Of a DNA stretch of 64,000 nucleotides, positions 36,672 to 51,553 are shown in pieces; the first letter of the stretch is position 1, and the number at the start of each line of letters is the position of its first letter. Made by a program: the position numbers and the translations under genes. This stretch comes from Alphaproteobacteria bacterium (GTDB taxonomy: Bacteria; Pseudomonadota; Alphaproteobacteria; Bin95): NCBI GenBank assembly GCA_963665325.3, contig OZ224045.1, forward strand, positions 1,504,001-1,568,000, written 5' to 3'. Below the pieces are notes generated by a model, which saw only the letters and a program-made list of their open reading frames with translations, had not been told where the DNA came from and did not search any database.

Positions 36672-37886
36672 ATGACGCTGCTGCGCCTGCCGATGTTCAC
36701 GATCTTCGCCGCGTTGCTGTTCATGGCAACGCCGTCTGCAGCCCAGCAGGCGGGCGATAACAGTCCCCGGGCAACGACAGGCGGGGCGCAGACGCTTGAG
36801 GACATTCTTGCCCGGCAACGGGGAGAGCCTATCGACGACCGCTTCCGCCGCGAGGCCGTCGGAGACCCGGCGCGCGCCGCCGGCATCCGAATGCAGCTCG
36901 GCACGCTGGGCGGCGCCTCGGATTCGGAAGTCTTCCGCGCGCTCCGCTACGGCGGCGCCGATGTGACGGTTTCAGCCAGGGGGCCCGCCTCCGAGGTGGT
37001 CATACAGGACGGCGGCATGCGCTGGCTCGAGTGGCGCAAAGGGCCGCTGCGCGAGTGGGGCGGCTGGCTCCTTGCGGGCATGGTCGGGCTGCTGGCGCTT
37101 TTCCTGCTGCTGCGCGGGCCGATCCGCATCGACGGCGGCCGGTCCGGAGAGACCATTCTGCGCTTCAACGCGCTGGAACGGTTCGGGCACTGGCTGCTTG
37201 CCGGCTCGTTCATCCTGCTGGCGATCAGCGGGCTCATCACGCTGTTCGGGCGTCCGCTGCTGATACCGCTGCTCGGCAAGGACGCCTTCGCGCCCATCGC
37301 GCTCGCGTCCAAGTGGGTCCACAACAATGTCGCCTGGGCGTTCATGCTGGCGCTGGTGTGGGTGTTCGTGTTCTGGATCGTCCACAACATCCCGAACCGC
37401 GCCGACCTCGTCTGGATGGCGAAGGGCGGCGGACTCTTCATGCGCGGCAGCCACCCGCCGGCGCGCAAGTTCAATGCCGGCCAGAAAGTCATCTTCTGGG
37501 CGGTGGTCATCCTCGGCCTCTCGATCTCGGCGTCCGGTCTGTCGCTGCTGTTCCCGTTCGAAATGCCGATGTTCGCCAAGACCTTCGACATATTGAACAC
37601 GCTCGGCCTGTCACAGGCATTGGGCTTTGGCGAGTTGCCGACGGAGCTCGCCCCGCATGCGGAGATGCAATACGCGCAGCTCTGGCACTCGATCGTCGCC
37701 TTCGTCTTCATCGCGATCATCATCGCGCACATCTATCTGGGCTCGATCGGGATGGAAGGCGCGTTCGACGCCATGGAATCGGGTCAGGTGGACCGGCAGT
37801 GGGCGAGGGAACACCATTCGATCTGGTTCGAGGAGGAGACCGGAGAGCCGGCTCATCCTGCCCATGAGGCTCCGCCGGCGGAATGA
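36672..37886 (+). CDS. Formate dehydrogenase gamma subunit (cytochrome b) with periplasmic N-terminal extension
   Basis: RFNALERFGHW, WVHN, KFNAGQK, WH...AHIY, WAREHH. Confidence 0.92.
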   Translation: MTLLRLPMFTIFAALLFMATPSAAQQAGDNSPRATTGGAQTLEDILARQRGEPIDDRFRREAVGDPARAAGIRMQLGTLGGASDSEVFRALRYGGADVTVSARGPASEVVIQDGGMRWLEWRKGPLREWGGWLLAGMVGLLALFLLLRGPIRIDGGRSGETILRFNALERFGHWLLAGSFILLAISGLITLFGRPLLIPLLGKDAFAPIALASKWVHNNVAWAFMLALVWVFVFWIVHNIPNRADLVWMAKGGGLFMRGSHPPARKFNAGQKVIFWAVVILGLSISASGLSLLFPFEMPMFAKTFDILNTLGLSQALGFGELPTELAPHAEMQYAQLWHSIVAFVFIAIIIAHIYLGSIGMEGAFDAMESGQVDRQWAREHHSIWFEEETGEPAHPAHEAPPAE

Positions 37887-37901
37887 CGCCGGACGCCTGA
37901 C

Positions 37902-39212
37902 ATGCGGCTCCGGGCGCTTCTGACGGCCTTGGCCCTGCTGCCCTGCGCCGCCGCCCCGGCCGGGGACTTCTTCAAGCTGACGGGGCATGGCGGTCCTGTC
38001 CGGGGGATCGACGTGTCGCCGGACGGCCGGCAGGTGCTCACGGCGAGTTTCGACTATTCGGTGGGGCTGTGGCGGTCGGGGTCGCCGGTCTGGCTCGAGG
38101 CGCACGATGCGGCGGTGAACGCCGTGCGCTTCATCGACGACAGGCGCGCGGTCTCCGCCGGCGACGACAACGACGTCCGACTCTGGAACCTGGAGCGGGG
38201 CGCGCCGCGACGCCTCGGCAGCCACAAGGCGAAGGTGGTGTCGCTGGCGCTCTCGCCGGACCGGGGCCTGATTGCCTCGGCAAGCTGGGACGGACGCATC
38301 GGCCTCTGGCCCGTAGGCAGTGGCGCGACGCGGTTTCTCAAGGGCCATACCGCCGGCGTCAACGACGTGGTCTTCTCCGAGGACGGTACACGCCTCTATT
38401 CCGCCTCGACCGACGGGACGATCCGTGTCTGGGACCATGCGCGCGGCGTGCAGACGCGGCACATCCTGGAAGGGCGGTTCGGCATCAACACGCTGGCGCT
38501 GGACGAGGCCGAAGGCTGGCTCGCCTATGGCGGGGTGGACGGCGCGACCCGCATCCTGGACCTGGAGACGGGCCGCGAGATCGCAGACTTCACGCTCCAG
38601 CGCCGCCCGATCCTGGCGATGGCCTTCGACCGGGAAGGCGGCACGCTGGCGGTCGGCGACGGCGAGGGCTTCATCAAGGTGATCGACAGCCGGCGGTGGA
38701 CGGTGCTGCGCGACTTCCGCGCGGCTCTGCGCGGGCCGGTCTGGGCGCTCGCCTTCTCGGCCGACGGCGAGGACATCCTCGCGGGCGGCATCGACGATGC
38801 GCTTTACAGCTGGCCGATAGCGGCGCTGGGCGCGGGCGGCCTGATGGCCGGCGGCGACCGCAGCTTCCTGCGCGACCCGGCGAGCATGGGCAATGGAGAG
38901 CGGCAGTTCCAGCGCAAGTGCTCGATCTGCCATACGCTGGGGCCCGAGGGCCTCAGGCGCGCGGGCCCGACGCTCTTCGGCGTTTTCGGGCGCCCGGCGG
39001 GGGGCGTTCCGGGCTATAAGTATTCGCGAACCTTGCGCGAGGCGGAGTTCGTGTGGAACGAGGACACCATCGACGCGCTGTTCGACGAGGGGCCGGACCG
39101 GTTCGTGCCCGGCACCAAGATGCCGATGCAGCGTATCGCCAGGCCGGCCGACCGCAGCGACCTGATTGCGTTCCTGAAGCACGCGACGAGGGAAGGAGGA
39201 CGCCAGAGATGA
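37902..39212 (+). CDS. Exported WD40 beta-propeller fused to cytochrome c
   Basis: Repeated GH..V...S.DG...W units; C-terminal CSICH, GPTL.GV.GR, PGTKMP. Confidence 0.9.
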   Translation: MRLRALLTALALLPCAAAPAGDFFKLTGHGGPVRGIDVSPDGRQVLTASFDYSVGLWRSGSPVWLEAHDAAVNAVRFIDDRRAVSAGDDNDVRLWNLERGAPRRLGSHKAKVVSLALSPDRGLIASASWDGRIGLWPVGSGATRFLKGHTAGVNDVVFSEDGTRLYSASTDGTIRVWDHARGVQTRHILEGRFGINTLALDEAEGWLAYGGVDGATRILDLETGREIADFTLQRRPILAMAFDREGGTLAVGDGEGFIKVIDSRRWTVLRDFRAALRGPVWALAFSADGEDILAGGIDDALYSWPIAALGAGGLMAGGDRSFLRDPASMGNGERQFQRKCSICHTLGPEGLRRAGPTLFGVFGRPAGGVPGYKYSRTLREAEFVWNEDTIDALFDEGPDRFVPGTKMPMQRIARPADRSDLIAFLKHATREGGRQR

Positions 39213-39331
39213 GAGCCATGCTGATCGCATTCCTGGCCATGGCGGTCATTGCCGTGGTCGCCGATCTGGCGCTGGACTATTCCGGCTTTGCCACAGCCGA
39301 GGTCACCGCCGGCCCCGCCGTCCGGAATTAG
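39209..39331 (+). CDS. 40-aa membrane peptide at the end of the fdh operon
   Basis: AGGAGG RBS, ATGA overlap, MRAMLIAFLAMAVIAVVADLALDYSGF... Confidence 0.7.
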   Translation: MRAMLIAFLAMAVIAVVADLALDYSGFATAEVTAGPAVRN

Positions 39332-39418
39332 CGAAAACCGGGCGTATGCGGGTTTCCCGCTCCGCCCGTGCGTCGGATCGGGTGACAGCTTCTTCCCTCT
39401 CTGCTAGACCCGTGCCCC

Positions 39419-39706
39419 ATGAGTCCTGAGTTGATCGCTATTCTCGCAGTCGGCGTCGCGCTGGCCGGCCTTATCCTGCAAGGCCAAAGCGGCCTCGGCA
39501 GGCGCATGGATCGTCTGGACGGCCGCATGGACCGTCTTGAAGGCCGCATGGACCGCCTGGAAGCGCGCATGGACGGTTTGGACGAGCGACTGCGGGCGGT
39601 CGAGGCCGCCATTGCCGAGATCAAGGGCCAGCTCACCATCGTCCGGGACTATATCGCCGGCCGCAACATGAGGCCGGACGACCCCCCGATAGCCCCCGCG
39701 GAGTAG
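39419..39706 (+). CDS. Small membrane-anchored heptad-repeat (coiled-coil) protein
   Basis: N-terminal hydrophobic helix, then RMDRLDG/RMDRLEG/RMDRLEA/RMDGLDE (21-bp repeats, 39503-39586). Confidence 0.8.
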   Translation: MSPELIAILAVGVALAGLILQGQSGLGRRMDRLDGRMDRLEGRMDRLEARMDGLDERLRAVEAAIAEIKGQLTIVRDYIAGRNMRPDDPPIAPAE

Positions 39707-39714
39707 TGCCCCGC

Positions 39715-40578
39715 CTACCCGTGCTTCGCCTGCTGGTCGAAGAAGGACGCGGTTGTCGGCAGTTGCGGTAGCTGGAGTTCGAAGGCGGTGGAGCGGATGC
39801 GGCCGCTGCGTTCGCCGCGGACCATCAGGCCCTCATAGCGGTTCGGGACAGGGTTGGGCGAACTCGGCACGGCGTCCTCGGCGCTATAGACCGAGATGTG
39901 CAATGTCCGCGGCCGGGCGGAGCGGTTGGGCGCTGAGCCGTGCAGCAGCCGCGTGTGCATGAGGCAGACGGCGCCGGCCGGCCCCGTGCAGATCACTGCG
40001 GCCTTCTCGCTTTCAGCGGCCACTTCGTCCGCGACCGCGCCGGTGAACGCGCCGCCGTGCCAGAGGCCGTGGATCGGGCCGCGATGCGAGCCGCGCAGCA
40101 CCTTGAGCGGGCCGTTCTCCTCCGTTACCTCGTCCACCATCAGCAGCGCGGTCACGATGTCGTCATTGCTGTGGGGGGTGAACGGGAAGTCCTGGTGCCA
40201 CTTCACTTCCGTGTGCCCGCCGGGCAGCTTGGAGTTGATCTTGGTGTGGTGCAGCTTGACCGCGGGCCCGATCAGGTCGGCGACGCACTCGGTCATCCGG
40301 CTGTCGGCGGTCGCACGGAAATAGGCGTCCGATACCTCGATCGGGGCGTTGACGCGCCGCAGGCCCGGCCGGTCGGCCGAATGGCCCGGCTCCAGGTCGA
40401 ACCGGGGCCGGCCGTCGGCGGTGTCGCCGTAAGGGTCGGCGTGCCGCCGGCTTTCCTCTACCCAGCCGTCGAAATCGCGCCTGAGTTCGGCCAGCAGGGA
40501 GGCGTCCACCGCGTCCTCCACCACGACATAGCCATGCTCCCAAAAGAATTCGCGCTGTCCGGCTTCCAGTTCGGCCAT
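39715..40578 (-). CDS. Phytanoyl-CoA dioxygenase-family Fe/2OG enzyme
   Basis: GYVVVED, WHQD, ENGPL..L.GSH, LHGSAPN.S..R. Confidence 0.92.
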   Translation of the reverse strand: MAELEAGQREFFWEHGYVVVEDAVDASLLAELRRDFDGWVEESRRHADPYGDTADGRPRFDLEPGHSADRPGLRRVNAPIEVSDAYFRATADSRMTECVADLIGPAVKLHHTKINSKLPGGHTEVKWHQDFPFTPHSNDDIVTALLMVDEVTEENGPLKVLRGSHRGPIHGLWHGGAFTGAVADEVAAESEKAAVICTGPAGAVCLMHTRLLHGSAPNRSARPRTLHISVYSAEDAVPSSPNPVPNRYEGLMVRGERSGRIRSTAFELQLPQLPTTASFFDQQAKHG

Positions 40579-40673
40579 GCCCGCCTCCCGGTTTCGGCGG
40601 GGCCGAGTTTAGGCCGTCCGCATTGCCCGCGGAAAGGCTTTCGTCTATCCCGGCTCTCAGGGGAGATCTGAGG

Positions 40674-41960
40674 ATGATGGAGTTCGGACTGCCCGTCCTG
40701 TGCGCGCTCGCCGGTGCCGCGCTGGTCTGGTTTGTCTTCGCGGTCCCGGCGCGTAGCCGGGCCGCCGGGGCGGAGGCGGGACTCGAGGCCGAGAAGAAGG
40801 CCTATGCGGCGCGTCTGGACGAGATCGAGAAGGCGCGCAGCGAGGCGGAGACGCGCTTTGCGGTGCTTGCAAACGAGGCGCTCAGCAAGAACAGCGCCTC
40901 TTTCCTGCAACTGGTTAGTGAGCGCTTCCAGTCTCACAAGGTCGAGGCGGAGAAGGACCTGAAGGCGCGCGAAGAGGCAGTCGCGTCGCTCGTCAAGCCG
41001 CTCAGCGAAGGGCTGGAGAAGTTCCGCACTCATGTGCAACAGATCGAGAAGGACCGTGCAGGCGCCTACACCGCCATTACCGAACAGGTGAAGGCGCTGG
41101 CTGCCAGCCAGACGCAATTGCAGTCCGAGACAGGCCGGCTGGTCCAGGCGCTCCGCCGACCGCAGACGCGCGGCAGATGGGGCGAACACCAGCTTCGCAA
41201 CGTGCTCGAAATGGCGGGCATGACAAAGCATGTCGATTTCGTCGAACAGGACACGCTGGAGGGCGGCGAAGGAGGAGCGCTCCGCCCGGATGTGATCGTC
41301 CGCCTGCCGGGCGGCAAGTCGATCATCGTCGATGCCAAAACGCCGCTGCAGGCTTATCTCGATGCCATCGAGGCGGAAGACGAGGAGACCCGCGCTACCC
41401 ATATCCAGGCGCATGTGCGCCATGTCCGAAGCCATGTCCGCGCGCTGTCCTCGAAGGAATACTGGAGTGCGCTGTCCGGAACGCCGGACTTCGTCGTCAT
41501 GTTCATTCCGGGCGAATCGTTTTTCGCGGCCGCCCTGGAGAACGATCCGCAGCTCTTCGACGATGCTGTGGGGAGAAAGGTGCTCATCAGCACGCCGACC
41601 ACCTTCATCGCGCTCGTCAAGGCCATTGCCTATGGCTGGCAGCAGGAGAAGCTGGCCGAGAACGCCCAGGCGATTTCCGAAGCGGGCCGCGAACTCTATG
41701 AGCGCGTTCGGGTATTCGGTGGGCATATGGCGGGTGTCGGCCGGTCGTTGAAGCAGGCCGTGGAGCGCTACAACAACAGTGTGGGCTCGCTCGAACGGCG
41801 GGTTTTGCCCTCGGCGCGCCGTTTGGAGTCGCTGGAAGCCGCGCCACCGGGTTCCAACCTGCCCGAAATGCCGTCCGTCGATATCGAGCCGAGTGGCTTG
41901 CAGGCCCCGGAACTGGCGGGTTCGTCGGAAGAACCGGGCACCGAAAAGGAGTTGGCGTAG
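40674..41960 (+). CDS. rmuC: DNA recombination protein RmuC
   Basis: RGRWGE, RPDVIVRLP, VDAKTP, LSSKEYW, DFVVMFIPGE, TPTT. Confidence 0.95.
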   Translation: MMEFGLPVLCALAGAALVWFVFAVPARSRAAGAEAGLEAEKKAYAARLDEIEKARSEAETRFAVLANEALSKNSASFLQLVSERFQSHKVEAEKDLKAREEAVASLVKPLSEGLEKFRTHVQQIEKDRAGAYTAITEQVKALAASQTQLQSETGRLVQALRRPQTRGRWGEHQLRNVLEMAGMTKHVDFVEQDTLEGGEGGALRPDVIVRLPGGKSIIVDAKTPLQAYLDAIEAEDEETRATHIQAHVRHVRSHVRALSSKEYWSALSGTPDFVVMFIPGESFFAAALENDPQLFDDAVGRKVLISTPTTFIALVKAIAYGWQQEKLAENAQAISEAGRELYERVRVFGGHMAGVGRSLKQAVERYNNSVGSLERRVLPSARRLESLEAAPPGSNLPEMPSVDIEPSGLQAPELAGSSEEPGTEKELA

Positions 41961-41963
41961 CGG

Positions 41964-42596
41964 TCAGCCTGCTGCGCGGTCAGCCTGCAATCCCTGGCCG
42001 AAGCTCTCGCCGCCCGCCGCCATATGCGCTTGTTCGTCCGGTGTGCTGGCGCGGCCGAGCACGGCGTTGCGATGCGGGAAGCGGCCGAAGCGGGCGACGA
42101 TGTCGCGGTGGCGGGTCCAGCCCTGGATGCTCCGGTCCACATAAGCCCGCCATGCCGGATCGGCCTCCTGCCTCATCGCCCGCAGGAGGTCGATGCCCCG
42201 GTCCTGTTCGTCTACCGCTTCGGAATGGTGGAACGGGTGGTAGAGCCAGATGCGCGCAACCGGATGGAGCGCCCGGTCCAGTCCCCGGTCGATGGCATGA
42301 TTCACGATCTCGAAAGCTGAAGCGTCGCCTGCATACGCACCGATCGTGCCGCGATAGAGGTTCCGCGTGAACTGGTCGAGCAGCAGGATGAGCGCCAGCG
42401 CGCCGTCCGGCGTGTCCCGCCAACCCGTCAATTCCGGTTCCCGCGCACAGGCGCGCCGCACCAGGCTGCCGAAGCGCGCGCGGATCTCTTCATCGACGGC
42501 CGGTCCGCCCCTGTACCACCATTCGCGGCGAGCCGAGGCGCGCTCCGGACTGTCGAGGCTGTCGGCCAGCCAGAAGGCAACGATTTCGGCGATCAT
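41964..42596 (-). CDS. DUF924-family protein
   Basis: VAFW, LLDQFTRN, YHPFHHSE, FGRFPHRNAVLGRASTPDE. Confidence 0.9.
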   Translation of the reverse strand: MIAEIVAFWLADSLDSPERASARREWWYRGGPAVDEEIRARFGSLVRRACAREPELTGWRDTPDGALALILLLDQFTRNLYRGTIGAYAGDASAFEIVNHAIDRGLDRALHPVARIWLYHPFHHSEAVDEQDRGIDLLRAMRQEADPAWRAYVDRSIQGWTRHRDIVARFGRFPHRNAVLGRASTPDEQAHMAAGGESFGQGLQADRAAG

Positions 42597-42613
42597 GCGG
42601 GGACGGAACCGTT

Positions 42614-44335
42614 TCAGACTATAGGAATGCGGCCGGCGGCGATGTCGGCCGGGGAAAGCACGTCCGGGTCCAGCGCCGTCTGCCATCGCTCCGTGAGGCG
42701 CACCCGGGGCGGTTCCGGGGAGCGAGCGTCCAGAACGAAACCCTCGAAGCCTGCCGCCATCACCTCGTTGCATTTCTGCACATAGACCGGGAAACCGCCG
42801 ATATAGGGCATGAAGACGCGCGGCCGGCCGGGAATATTGGCGCCGACATACCAGCTCGAACAGGTCGAACGCAGCGAGATCGACGCCACATCGGCCACAT
42901 GGCCTACCCAGTCGGCCTCATGGCTTTCCTGGGCGTCGATGGTCTGCGCGCCGATATCGCGCATATGCGCCATGCAGTCGGCGATCCAGTCCACATGCTG
43001 CTCGATGGAAGGGAGCATGTTCGCAAGCACGGACGGGCTGCCCGGCCCGGTGACGGTGAAGAAGTTGGGGAAGCCGGCGACGGCGAGCCCCAGGTAATTC
43101 TGCGGGCCGGCCCGCCACTTCTCCGCGAGCGTCAACCCGTCCCTGCCGGTAATGCGGATGCGGTCGAACGAGCCGGTCATCGCCGCAAAGCCGGTCGCGA
43201 AGATGAGCGTGTCCGCGGGATATTCCACGCCGTGCGCAACGACGCCGCTCGCGGTGAAGCCCTCGATGGGCCGCTCGGACACATCCACCAGCTTCACATG
43301 GTCCCGATTGTAGGTCTCGTAATAGCCGGTATCGACGCAGAGCCGCTTGCATCCGAACACATTGTCCGGGCAGAGCAGTTCGGCCGTTTCGGGGTCGTCC
43401 ACCCGCTCGCGGATCTTCTCGCGGGCGAACTCGGCCGCCGTGTCGTTCGCCGCCTTGTCGAACAGCAGGTCGCCGAAAGCGCCGAGGAAGGGCAGGCCGC
43501 CTCGCTCCCAGGACTCCTCATACTGCCGGCGGCGCTCCTCCGGCGTCGAGTCGAGCGCCGGGCGGGTGTTGTAGGGGAAGTAGAAACCGGTAGGGCGCGA
43601 CCGGGCCTTGGCGCGGAAACCCGGATAGTCCGCCTTGAAGGCGCGCACGCGCTCCGGGTCGAGCGGCGCGTTCCAGGCGGGCACGGCGTAGTTGGGCGTG
43701 CGCTGGAAGACGGTGAGCGCCGCGGCCTGCCCGGCGATGACGGGAATCGACTGGATCGCCGAGGAGCCGGTGCCGATGATCGCCACCCGTTTGCCGGAGA
43801 AGTCCACCGGTTCGTGCGGCCACTCGCCCGTATGCAGCACTTCGCCGCGATAGTTCTCGAAGCCCTCGAAACGGGGGTGGTTGGCCGCCGAGAGGCACCC
43901 CACCGCCATGATGCAGAACCGGGCCGAACAGCGGTCGTCCCGGTCGGTCTCGACATTCCAGCGTTTCGCGGCTTCGTCGAAGGCAAGCGTTGTCACCCTT
44001 GTGTCGAAGCGGATGTCTCGCCGGAGGTCGAACCGATCAGTCACATGGTTGGCATAGGCCAGGATTTCCGGCTGCGGCGCGTATTTCTCCGTCCACTCCC
44101 ACTCCTGGTCCAGTTCCTCGGAGAAGGAATAGGAATATTGCAGGCTCTCGATATCGCAGCGCGCGCCGGGGTAGCGGTTCCAGTACCAGGTCCCGCCGAC
44201 ATCGCTGCCGGCTTCCAGGACCCGCGCCGAGAAGCCGAGTTTGCGCAGGCAATGCAGCATGTACATACCGGCGAAGCCCGCCCCGACGATGACGGCATCG
44301 AAATGTTCGCTCGGGGTCGGGGTGGTTGCGGTCAT
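42614..44335 (-). CDS. Baeyer-Villiger monooxygenase (type I)
   Basis: GAGFAG, GGTWYWNRYPG, YRGEVLHTGEW fingerprint, GTGSSA, ATGF. Confidence 0.95.
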   Translation of the reverse strand: MTATTPTPSEHFDAVIVGAGFAGMYMLHCLRKLGFSARVLEAGSDVGGTWYWNRYPGARCDIESLQYSYSFSEELDQEWEWTEKYAPQPEILAYANHVTDRFDLRRDIRFDTRVTTLAFDEAAKRWNVETDRDDRCSARFCIMAVGCLSAANHPRFEGFENYRGEVLHTGEWPHEPVDFSGKRVAIIGTGSSAIQSIPVIAGQAAALTVFQRTPNYAVPAWNAPLDPERVRAFKADYPGFRAKARSRPTGFYFPYNTRPALDSTPEERRRQYEESWERGGLPFLGAFGDLLFDKAANDTAAEFAREKIRERVDDPETAELLCPDNVFGCKRLCVDTGYYETYNRDHVKLVDVSERPIEGFTASGVVAHGVEYPADTLIFATGFAAMTGSFDRIRITGRDGLTLAEKWRAGPQNYLGLAVAGFPNFFTVTGPGSPSVLANMLPSIEQHVDWIADCMAHMRDIGAQTIDAQESHEADWVGHVADVASISLRSTCSSWYVGANIPGRPRVFMPYIGGFPVYVQKCNEVMAAGFEGFVLDARSPEPPRVRLTERWQTALDPDVLSPADIAAGRIPIV

Positions 44336-44414
44336 GGGAAGCGTGGTGTCTCGGAGTTCGGGAAGGCGCCCCTGTCTATTCCGAATCGTGCGGTCTCCGC
44401 AACGGCAGACGGAC

Positions 44415-46730
44415 TTACCCGCCGTTCAGCGCCCGCCAGACCTTCTCCGAGGTGATCGGCATGTCGATATGGGAAATGCCGAGCGCATCCGCCACGGCGG
44501 CGGTGATCGCGGGCGGTGCGCCGCAGGCTCCGCCCTCGCCGATGCCCTTGACGCCGAGCTCGTTGGACGGATTCGGCACCGGGTTGAATCCGACGTCGAT
44601 CTCCGGAAAATCGCTTGCCCGCGGCATGCAGTAGTCCATGAAGGAGCCGGCGAGAAACTGGCCACTCTCCGCCTCGTACGCTGTGTTCTCCAGAAGCGCC
44701 TGCCCCAGCCCCTGTCCGACGCCGCCATGCACCTGGCCCGCCGCCAGCAATGGGTTGATGACGATGCCGCAATCGTCCACGGCGGTGTATTTGACAACCT
44801 GCACCTGCCCGGTGTCCGGGTCCACCTCGACCTCGCAGATATGGCAGCCGTTCGGGAAGTTGCACTCGGTCGGGCGCTGGTAGCGGCAGGTCTCGTCGAG
44901 GCCGGGCTCCTCGCCCTCGGGCAGGGCCGCAGGGTCGCGGGCGATCCGGGCGACCTCCGAAAGGGTAACGGCGAGATCGGTGCCGGCGACCCGGAATGTC
45001 CCGTCGGAGAACTCGATATCGGCCGGCGCCGCTTCCAGCCGGTGCGCGGCGATGCGCGATGCCTTCTCGACGATTTGTGCGCTTGCGCGCGAGACGGAGA
45101 CGCCGCCCATCTGCGAGGAACGCGAGCCCCCGGTGCCGTTGCCGAAAGAGACGAATGCCGTGTCGCCCTGGAGGAGCTGGATATCGTCCAGGGCGATGCC
45201 GAGTTTCTGGTGGACGATCTGGGCGAAGGCGGTCTCGTGTCCCTGGCCGTGGCTGAACGTGCCCATGATGAGCGAGACGCGCCCGTCCTCCTCGAAACGT
45301 ACCTGGGCCTGTTCCACCGGCGCCCCGCCCGACGCTTCGATATAGTAGCCGAGGCCGAGGCCGCGGCGCTTGCCGGCGGCTTCCGACCCCGCCCGGCGCT
45401 TGTCGAAGCCGGAGACATCGGCGCGCTCCAGCGCCTGCTCCTGTGTGTCGGCAAAGGCGCCGGAATCGATGACCATGCCGACCCGGTTGGTATAGGGCAG
45501 GGCTTCGGGCGCGATGAAGTTGCGCCGGCGGATTTCCGCGGTGGAGAGGCCGAACGCCTCGGCGCCCGCGTCCAGCAGGCGCTCCATCTGGTAGCAGATT
45601 TCCGGCCGCCCGGCGCCGCGATAGGCGTCCGTCGGCACCGTGTTGGTGAAGACACAGCGCACGGAGAGCTGCATGGCCGGCACATGATAGACCGAGCCGG
45701 CGATGCGGGCGCCGGCCACGGTCGGAATCCTTGGCCCGAAGTCGGAGAGATAGCCGCCGAGATTGGCGAGCGTCGCCGCCTTCATGCCGAGGATGCGTCC
45801 CTCGCCGTCGAACGCCATTTCCGCCACCGTCAGGTGGTCGCGGCCATGCGGGTCGGCGAGCATCGTCTCCTGTCGGTCGGCGCACCACTTGACGGGCCGG
45901 CCAAGCCGCCGGGCCGCCCACAGCACCATTATCGTTTCCGGAAACAGCTTCCCGCGCAGCCCGAACCCGCCGCCGACATCGGGAGATACCACGCGCACCC
46001 GGTCCTTGGGGACCTGGAAGGCGATGTCCGCAAGTCCGTTACGCACGCGCACGGCGCCCTGGGTCGGCGAATGCAGGAGATACCGTTCGGCTTCGCCTTC
46101 CCATTGCCCGATGGCGACGCGCGGTTCCATCGGATTGCCGACGACGCGGTTGTTCGTCAGCTCTACCCGCACCGTCTTCGCCGCCCGGGCAAAGGCGGCC
46201 TCGGCCTCGGAACCGTCATGACTGAGCCAATGCACGCAGAGATTGGAGCCGACCGACTCATGCAGGACAGGCGCGCCCGACGCTTCCGCCTCGGCGGCGG
46301 TGCTGACGGCCGGCAGCACCTCGTATTCCACCTCGACGAGCTCAGCGGCGTCCCGGGCCTGTTCCGGTGTTTCGGCCACCACGAACGCAACAGGGTCGCC
46401 GACATAGCGCACCCGGTCGGTCTGGAGCACCGCGCGGCCGGGATCGGCCATGCGCGCCCCTTTCGCACCCGGTACATCGACCTGGCAGGGCAGCAGCGGC
46501 AGACCGTCCGTCGCCGCATCGCGCCCGGTCAGTACTGCCAGCACGCCCGGTGCGGCCTCTGCAGCTCTGGTGGCCAGCGCCCGGATATGCGCATGGGCGT
46601 GCGGGCTCCGGAGCACGACAGCATGGGCCTGCCCCGCGATGTCGATATCGTCGGTATAGCGTCCAGCGCCGGTCACGAAGCGCGCGTCTTCCCTGCGCCG
46701 CACCGGCTGGCCGATGCCGAATTGTTCCAT
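44415..46730 (-). CDS. Xanthine dehydrogenase-family molybdopterin subunit (form II CoxL-like)
   Basis: RREDARFVTG, VGGGFG, AYRGAGR, HGQGHET, GQVHGG, KGIGEGG. Confidence 0.93.
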   Translation of the reverse strand: MEQFGIGQPVRRREDARFVTGAGRYTDDIDIAGQAHAVVLRSPHAHAHIRALATRAAEAAPGVLAVLTGRDAATDGLPLLPCQVDVPGAKGARMADPGRAVLQTDRVRYVGDPVAFVVAETPEQARDAAELVEVEYEVLPAVSTAAEAEASGAPVLHESVGSNLCVHWLSHDGSEAEAAFARAAKTVRVELTNNRVVGNPMEPRVAIGQWEGEAERYLLHSPTQGAVRVRNGLADIAFQVPKDRVRVVSPDVGGGFGLRGKLFPETIMVLWAARRLGRPVKWCADRQETMLADPHGRDHLTVAEMAFDGEGRILGMKAATLANLGGYLSDFGPRIPTVAGARIAGSVYHVPAMQLSVRCVFTNTVPTDAYRGAGRPEICYQMERLLDAGAEAFGLSTAEIRRRNFIAPEALPYTNRVGMVIDSGAFADTQEQALERADVSGFDKRRAGSEAAGKRRGLGLGYYIEASGGAPVEQAQVRFEEDGRVSLIMGTFSHGQGHETAFAQIVHQKLGIALDDIQLLQGDTAFVSFGNGTGGSRSSQMGGVSVSRASAQIVEKASRIAAHRLEAAPADIEFSDGTFRVAGTDLAVTLSEVARIARDPAALPEGEEPGLDETCRYQRPTECNFPNGCHICEVEVDPDTGQVQVVKYTAVDDCGIVINPLLAAGQVHGGVGQGLGQALLENTAYEAESGQFLAGSFMDYCMPRASDFPEIDVGFNPVPNPSNELGVKGIGEGGACGAPPAITAAVADALGISHIDMPITSEKVWRALNGG

Positions 46731-46766
46731 TGGAAGGCCTTTCCTGGAGAGCGCCGGAATCCGGGT

Positions 46767-51553
<4,787 letters not shown>

